Assembly: GCA_022772725.1 (NCBI GenBank)
Contig: JALEZT010000012.1
Location: 1-51,538 of the forward strand
Reading direction: 5' to 3'
DNA: 51,538 nt
Source of the DNA: Eubacterium sp.
GTDB taxonomy: Bacteria; Bacillota; Clostridia; Oscillospirales; Acutalibacteraceae
Below are positions 47,201 through 51,538 of the stretch, piece by piece. The stretch's first letter is position 1; each line of letters starts with the position of its first letter. The notes under the pieces were generated by a model. It did no database searches, had not been told where the DNA came from, and saw only the letters and a program-made list of their open reading frames with translations. Made by a program: the position numbers and the translations under genes.

Positions 47201-48056
47201 GCTTTTTGAGCACCTTTGTTCCGATGCACGCCATATCCATAAGGCAAACATCCTTTTCGCGCGTGCCGTAAACCTCTTTTCTTATCTCGAAATACTGACT
47301 TAATGCGTCCTCAATCGCTTTTGCGTATTTTGATTTTTCAACTGTAATACTGTCAAGCTTTGTGCTGAATGTTGTGTGGCGGCAGTGGTCGCTCCAATAT
47401 GTATCAATAACTTTAAGCTCTGTAAGGCTGGGATTTCTTTTTTCTGTTTTGAAATAATCGCGCACCCAGCATAAATCCGCAATGCTCATTGCAAAGCCCA
47501 TTGATTTATGGTAATCTGCGATTTCCTCGTCTGTTTTTTCGATAAAGCCGTCAATTCTTGCAATGTCGGCAGGAACGTCCGCTTTAATGTCAAGCGTTTC
47601 GGGCAGAGCCATTGAAGCCTCGCGTGATTCAACGGGGTTAATTATGTATGCCTTGATTTTGTTAAATTCTTCGTCGGTTATATCGCCCTTAACGGCAATA
47701 ATTTTTGCGCTCAGAATTTCGGGGCGTTCGCCTGCCGTAAGAAGCTGAATACATTGAGCCGCGCTGTCTGCTCTTTGGTCGTACTGACCGGGAAGAAATT
47801 CCGTTGCAAAGCATTTCCAGCCGCCTTCAATTTCAAGTGATGTGTATATATTATCAAGGTTCGGCTCGGAAAGAATAAGGCGTGCCGCTTCGTCAAATTC
47901 CTCTTTTGTAAGTCCCTGCGCGTCATATCTGTTGATAAGCCTTAAATCTTCAAGCGCGGTTATGCCCACATTTGTTTTAAGGTCGTCAAGGATATGCCTT
48001 GCCTCAATGTCGTTTCCTTTTTTCTTTTCAACAAAAATTCTGAAAACCTCTGCCAT
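44292..48056 (-). CDS. purL: Phosphoribosylformylglycinamidine synthase (large fused PurL+PurQ type)
   Basis: YWSDHCRH, ETHNHPT, GGAIRD, DFGAGG, ISESQERM, GGFS, GICNGFQ, SHGEG, KMGH. Start at ATG 48056 behind AAGGAG. Confidence 0.96.
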   Translation of the reverse strand: MAEVFRIFVEKKKGNDIEARHILDDLKTNVGITALEDLRLINRYDAQGLTKEEFDEAARLILSEPNLDNIYTSLEIEGGWKCFATEFLPGQYDQRADSAAQCIQLLTAGERPEILSAKIIAVKGDITDEEFNKIKAYIINPVESREASMALPETLDIKADVPADIARIDGFIEKTDEEIADYHKSMGFAMSIADLCWVRDYFKTEKRNPSLTELKVIDTYWSDHCRHTTFSTKLDSITVEKSKYAKAIEDALSQYFEIRKEVYGTREKDVCLMDMACIGTKVLKKRGEITNLDESEEINACSIEVPVIIDGKEEQWLVQFKNETHNHPTEIEPFGGAATCLGGAIRDPLSGRAYVYQAMRVTGAGDPTVSFEDTLDAKLPQRKITTGAAQGYSSYGNQIGLATGQVTELYDDGYVAKRMEIGAVIGASPKANVIREVPQENDIIVLLGGRTGRDGCGGATGSSKAHNSSSIETCGAEVQKGNPPTERKIQRLFRKAEAAKMIKRCNDFGAGGVSVAIGELADGLKIDLDKVPKKYDGLDGTELAISESQERMAVVLDKNDVDKFISLANEENLEATPVAVVTSENRLVMTWRGDTIVDISRDFLNTNGVTQHADAVIGAVDENENYRNTVPAELKGKKLSEALKCNLSRLEVCSQKGLVERFDSSIGAATVNMPYAGAYQLTPEEAMVAKIPVESGETDTATAMSYGFIPKLSRWSPFHSSAFAVTESLAKLAAVGCNPSEARLTFQEYFERLNDDPKRWGKPAAALLGSITAQIGYKTPSIGGKDSMSGSFNELDVPPTLVSFAVGMTEASKTGSALFSKAGSKVVMLDIPVCENSGLPEYDKAMALMMRVYEGVRSKKVLSASVVKEGGAAACVCKMAFGNKTGFTFAQNLDAETLFAAKQGNIVAELADGAEELFDGFNITELGTTNDNGVFIINGDVLTVDELIDEWTGKLEGVFPTDSRATAAMPQEIELSNERSIFICKNKVARPKVFIPAFPGTNCEVDTARAFEKAGAETEILVVKNLCANDINETIEKMVKAIGESQIVMLPGGFSGGDEPEGSGKFIATTFRNPRIKEAIEKLLNCRDGLMLGICNGFQALIKLGLVPYGEIREIKPDDPTLTFNTIGRHISQMAYTRVTSTKSPWLSGVSAGDVFAVPISHGEGRFAANDEVIKRLAENGQIATQYVDLNGSPVAEMPFNPNGSVCAVEGITSPDGRVFGKMGHCERKGENLYKNVPFEKDMKIFESGVNYFK

Positions 48057-48235
48057 TTTGCTCTCCTTTTCATAATCAGAAAAAATTATTATTAGTATAA
48101 TAACACATTGTTTTGCTTTTGCATATAGCAAATTTTAATTTTCGGCATAAATATTAACAAATTGTTCGCAAATAAATAATTTTTGTGTTATAATGCCGAT
48201 ATAATATACTGTTGGTGTGTTGAGCACCTGCAAAA

Positions 48236-49405
48236 TTGATGATTAAACATCGGTTTGATGAAGGGAGTTTCGTTTTTAAAGTGAATGAAAACACAGAGGA
48301 ACGAGCATTTGAAGTTGATTTTTTAAACTGCGTTGTTGATAAAGAGGATAATTTCAGGGTTATTGATTCAGACAGTCATTTTTCCTCATTTTTCGGAGTT
48401 CATCCGTCAAAAATCCATCAGGGAAAGCTTTTTTTGCAGGAAATAATCATTCCGCCCGAAAGGCAGGAGGTTTTGTCTAAAATCTGCAAAAAGGATTCCC
48501 CGTATATCTATATGGATTTTGATGTTATCAAAAAAGACGGCAGGCGTGATTTTGTTCATTGCACCGCTCAAAATTATGAAAATTCTTCACTTTGCAGGCT
48601 TGTTTTTGCAGACGTTTCAAGAAGCAGGGAAAAAACAGAAAAATTAAGAGAGCAGGCGCGCGAGGTTAACCATCTTATAGACCTTGTTTCGGGCGGTGTT
48701 TGTCTGTTTAAGGTAACGCCGAATATGCACTTTGAGGCACTCTATCTTAACGAGGCGTGCTGCCGACTTTTCGCAACGGATAAGGATAGCTTTAACAGTA
48801 AGGCGTATCGCATTGACGAGCTTATTCATCCCGAGGATAAAACGCTTGTTTTTCAGGCAGTCGGCAGAGCAATGGCAACGGGCGAGGAAATAGATTTGGA
48901 ATATCGAGTTATGCCGCATAAAAACTCATATATTTGGTGCAAATGCAACGCTGCCGTGCATAAAAAGGACGAGGACGGAAGCCCGATTTTTCACGCCGTT
49001 TTTACCGATATAACAAGAATAAAGGATGCTGAAAAAAAGGCAGATGAGGCAAACGATAAGCTTGTTAATCTGCTTAAAAATCTTAATGGCGCAATATTCT
49101 TTACAACACCCGAAAAGCCGTTTATCTGCGACCTTATCAGCGGCGATTTTGTTCGCCTTATTCAGTATTCGAGAAGCGACTTCTTCGAGAAGCTTTCGGG
49201 CGACCTTTCAAGGCTTATTCCTCAGCCGTCAGAGCCCCTTGAGGACGACATAAGAAAGCAGATTTCAAAGGGCGGAAAAAGTGAAATTACATATAAAATT
49301 TCCGCAAAAGGTTCAAAAACCGTTTGTGTAAAAGATTCACGAAAGCTGATAACGCAGGAGGACGGCTCCTCGGCACTTATCTGCGAGCTTTTTGTTTGTG
49401 AATGA
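48236..49405 (+). CDS. PAS-domain protein with no output domain
   Basis: PAS-like repeats (YLNEACCRLF...LIHPEDK...EYRV...YIWCKC...VFTDIT). The true start may be GTG 48281 behind AAGGGAG. Confidence 0.8.
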   Translation: MMIKHRFDEGSFVFKVNENTEERAFEVDFLNCVVDKEDNFRVIDSDSHFSSFFGVHPSKIHQGKLFLQEIIIPPERQEVLSKICKKDSPYIYMDFDVIKKDGRRDFVHCTAQNYENSSLCRLVFADVSRSREKTEKLREQAREVNHLIDLVSGGVCLFKVTPNMHFEALYLNEACCRLFATDKDSFNSKAYRIDELIHPEDKTLVFQAVGRAMATGEEIDLEYRVMPHKNSYIWCKCNAAVHKKDEDGSPIFHAVFTDITRIKDAEKKADEANDKLVNLLKNLNGAIFFTTPEKPFICDLISGDFVRLIQYSRSDFFEKLSGDLSRLIPQPSEPLEDDIRKQISKGGKSEITYKISAKGSKTVCVKDSRKLITQEDGSSALICELFVCE

Positions 49406-49427
49406 TAAAAAAGAACAGAGGATATTG

Positions 49428-49459
49428 AAATTCCGCAGATGCTTTTTCTGCGGAATTTT
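49428..49459 (+). terminator. Terminator after the PAS gene
   Basis: AAATTCCGCAGA-loop-TCTGCGGAATTT followed by T-rich sequence. Confidence 0.7.
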
Positions 49460-49618
49460 ACTTTTTGTTTAGTAAAAATATACAATTCGGAATAATAAAA
49501 TTTGTCGATTATGACAATGGAATATAATTGTAAAAAAAGATATAATATTACCGATAATGGTGTATTATTAATTAATATGTAAATTTTTATATAAGTTTTA
49601 GATGTGGAGGCTAAGCTT

Positions 49619-51538
49619 ATGAAATCTCAAAAAACAAGAAAACGCATAATAAGCATTTTTCTTTCGGTGCTGACTGTTTTTTGCAGTTTAACGCCGTGCT
49701 TTTCTGCGTTCGCCGGAGACGGTGGTGTTATAGGCATCTATACGGTTGAAATCTTTTATGAGGACGGAACACTCGTTCCCGAATTTGCCGAGGACGGGGA
49801 ATCTCCGTATATCGAGTATATGGTTGAGGGCGATAAAAAGCAGTTTCAGTATAGCTTTATCGATTGCTCTCTGCCCGATAACGGATATGTTAAATGGACG
49901 AGCGACACACCGACTGTCTGCGATGTAACGGAGGACGGCCTTGTTCGTGCGTTTGACTCCTCAAAGGGTGCGGCAGTAAGGCTTTGGCTTGATAATGAGG
50001 TTGGAACAATTCCGCTTGTCGGAGGTCTTATGAAAAAGGCTCTCGAAAAGGTTTTGTTCAATGATAAGGTAAATCTTGACACAATGGATGCCGACCAAAT
50101 CGTCAGCCTTGTTGAGGATGCCTTCGGCTCCGATTCAATCCTTGCTCAATATATCGACTCCTATAAGGGCGAGCTTATTGATTCCCTGCGTCAATATCTT
50201 GATAAGGTTCACACAATTATTTACTGCACAATGTATGATGCAGACGGAACCGTTCTTGACCAAGACAGCTTCAGCGTTGTTGTTAACAAATCTGAGGAAA
50301 TTTATGCCGATTTCATTCCAAACGGAACTCATATAACAAATAAGCAGGATGTACCGACAACCGTTGCAAAGGGCTCAAAGGTTCAGCTTTCAGCCTGCAC
50401 AACGCCCACAAGGCTCCACATGGGCGTTATCTATTCTGTTAAAAGCTCTTCGATTTTTGATAACGGAAAGGTTGTTGCAACCGTTGACGATTCGGGACTT
50501 GTTACCTTTAAAAACACGGGAACGGTAACCATTCTTGTTTCTCCCGATACGGAAGGCTTCATCAACAATCTTTTGAAATACATAAACTATATCTATGAGC
50601 TTCAAAACACGGGAACCATAGATTCGGGTCAGGTTGCGGATATACTCATAAAATATGTCGGTCTCGATATGAACAGAAATGTTCTTGCCGCAATTCTGGA
50701 CACCTGCTTTGCAATTGCAGATATTGCGGGCGACACGGCAGACCCTGTTCAGCTTACCGCAACTGCCGTAAAAATTATTGCAAATATTATTCTTCAATTC
50801 ACAACAAATGACTCCATAACCTTTACGGTTGTTGAAGGCGTTCCGATGACGGATTTCAAAATCACGGGTGCAACCGCCGTTAAAGAGGGAGCTCAAATTC
50901 AGCTTGAAATAACAGACACAAAGCCCGTTGCGGCAATAACAGACGATATAACATGGACTTCAAGCGACCCGAGCATCGCTTCGGTTGACCCCGTAACAGG
51001 AACAATAACGGGCAGAGACGCAGGCGGCTCGCTCGGCGAATATTCACAGCAAACAGTTACCATAACTGCCACATCGGCGGCGAATAATATTTCAAAAACA
51101 TACGATGTTACCGTAACGGGAAAAACGGGACGGTATTTGAGCGATGTTGAAATAACAACCGATTATGAAATGATAAATATTGGCGGCGACGAATATTGCC
51201 ACGCAACGGTTTATCCAAACCGTGTTGCAACCGCAGATAATCTTTATCTCCATTGGGGAATAGCCGTATGGAATGAAGAAACGCAGGAAACGGAATATCT
51301 GTGGGCAGGCGACGCTTATCAGGAAACAGACGAGGAGGGCAATCTCTTAACAGATGAAAACGGCGAACCCGTTATGAATGACGGCTCCGTAACAGACGGC
51401 ATAGGAAAAATAGACAGCACCGGTCATTATTGGGCGGTTGCCGGCGGAACCTGCACCGTTGTTTGCAGAGCGGAAACAGGCTATTACATTTATGACGGAA
51501 GCTTTTATCAGATTTCAGAGGTTATGACCTCAAAGGAT
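49619..51538 (+). CDS. Large secreted Ig-like (Big_2-type) domain protein, truncated at the window end
   Basis: Not in the ORF track because there is no stop in the window. RBS GGAGG. Signal peptide MKSQKTRKRIISIFLSVLTVFCSLTPCFSAFA. Big_2-like motifs VKWTSDTPTVCDVTEDGLV, VATVDDSGLVTFKNTGTVTI and ITWTSSDPSIASVDPVTGTITG. Confidence 0.85.
   Translation, partial: MKSQKTRKRIISIFLSVLTVFCSLTPCFSAFAGDGGVIGIYTVEIFYEDGTLVPEFAEDGESPYIEYMVEGDKKQFQYSFIDCSLPDNGYVKWTSDTPTVCDVTEDGLVRAFDSSKGAAVRLWLDNEVGTIPLVGGLMKKALEKVLFNDKVNLDTMDADQIVSLVEDAFGSDSILAQYIDSYKGELIDSLRQYLDKVHTIIYCTMYDADGTVLDQDSFSVVVNKSEEIYADFIPNGTHITNKQDVPTTVAKGSKVQLSACTTPTRLHMGVIYSVKSSSIFDNGKVVATVDDSGLVTFKNTGTVTILVSPDTEGFINNLLKYINYIYELQNTGTIDSGQVADILIKYVGLDMNRNVLAAILDTCFAIADIAGDTADPVQLTATAVKIIANIILQFTTNDSITFTVVEGVPMTDFKITGATAVKEGAQIQLEITDTKPVAAITDDITWTSSDPSIASVDPVTGTITGRDAGGSLGEYSQQTVTITATSAANNISKTYDVTVTGKTGRYLSDVEITTDYEMINIGGDEYCHATVYPNRVATADNLYLHWGIAVWNEETQETEYLWAGDAYQETDEEGNLLTDENGEPVMNDGSVTDGIGKIDSTGHYWAVAGGTCTVVCRAETGYYIYDGSFYQISEVMTSKD

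Noticed and set aside
48057-48131. N-terminal extension of PurL
   Set aside because: AT-rich promoter-like DNA. The RBS supports ATG 48056.

Overview
Chromosomal replication-origin region of a low-GC Clostridia-type bacterium (codon usage, gene order and proteins resemble Oscillospiraceae/Ruminococcaceae; the taxon is inferred). Left to right: partial folE and an LCP-like gene on the minus strand; dnaA-oriC-dnaN-yaaA-recF-remB-gyrB-gyrA; a second LCP gene, an MgtC-family gene, a cluster of GTAG-type REP palindromes, a histidine phosphatase, an XRE regulator and mtnN; rpmH-rnpA-yidD-yidC-jag-mnmE-mnmG-rsmG-noc-(3 parS)-parA-membrane ORF-parB-serS; then a mostly minus-strand block (trkA/trkH, three GT2 genes plus glf, a GHMP sugar kinase, ECF sigma plus beta-propeller anti-sigma, feoA-feoA-[feoB remnant]-Cys-rich ORF, mrnC, obgE, metY, lipoprotein, ApgM-type mutase, purL); finally a PAS-only protein and a truncated secreted Ig-like protein. 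No CRISPR array, rRNA, tRNA, prophage or autonomous transposase was seen. Main observations: (1) DnaA has lost its usual base-reading residues in domain IV, and the origin carries TTTT(C/A/T)AACA 9-mers instead of TTATCCACA, including at the unwinding-site position next to DnaA-trio-like repeats, which suggests a re-coded initiator/box pair; (2) a second cluster of these 9-mers lies between parS sites; (3) the rpmH operon is no longer divergent from dnaA; (4) feoB appears deleted; (5) the sugar kinase resembles plant galacturonokinase; (6) there are nested and mosaic REP/MITE elements. All motif calls were made by eye, with no database searches.
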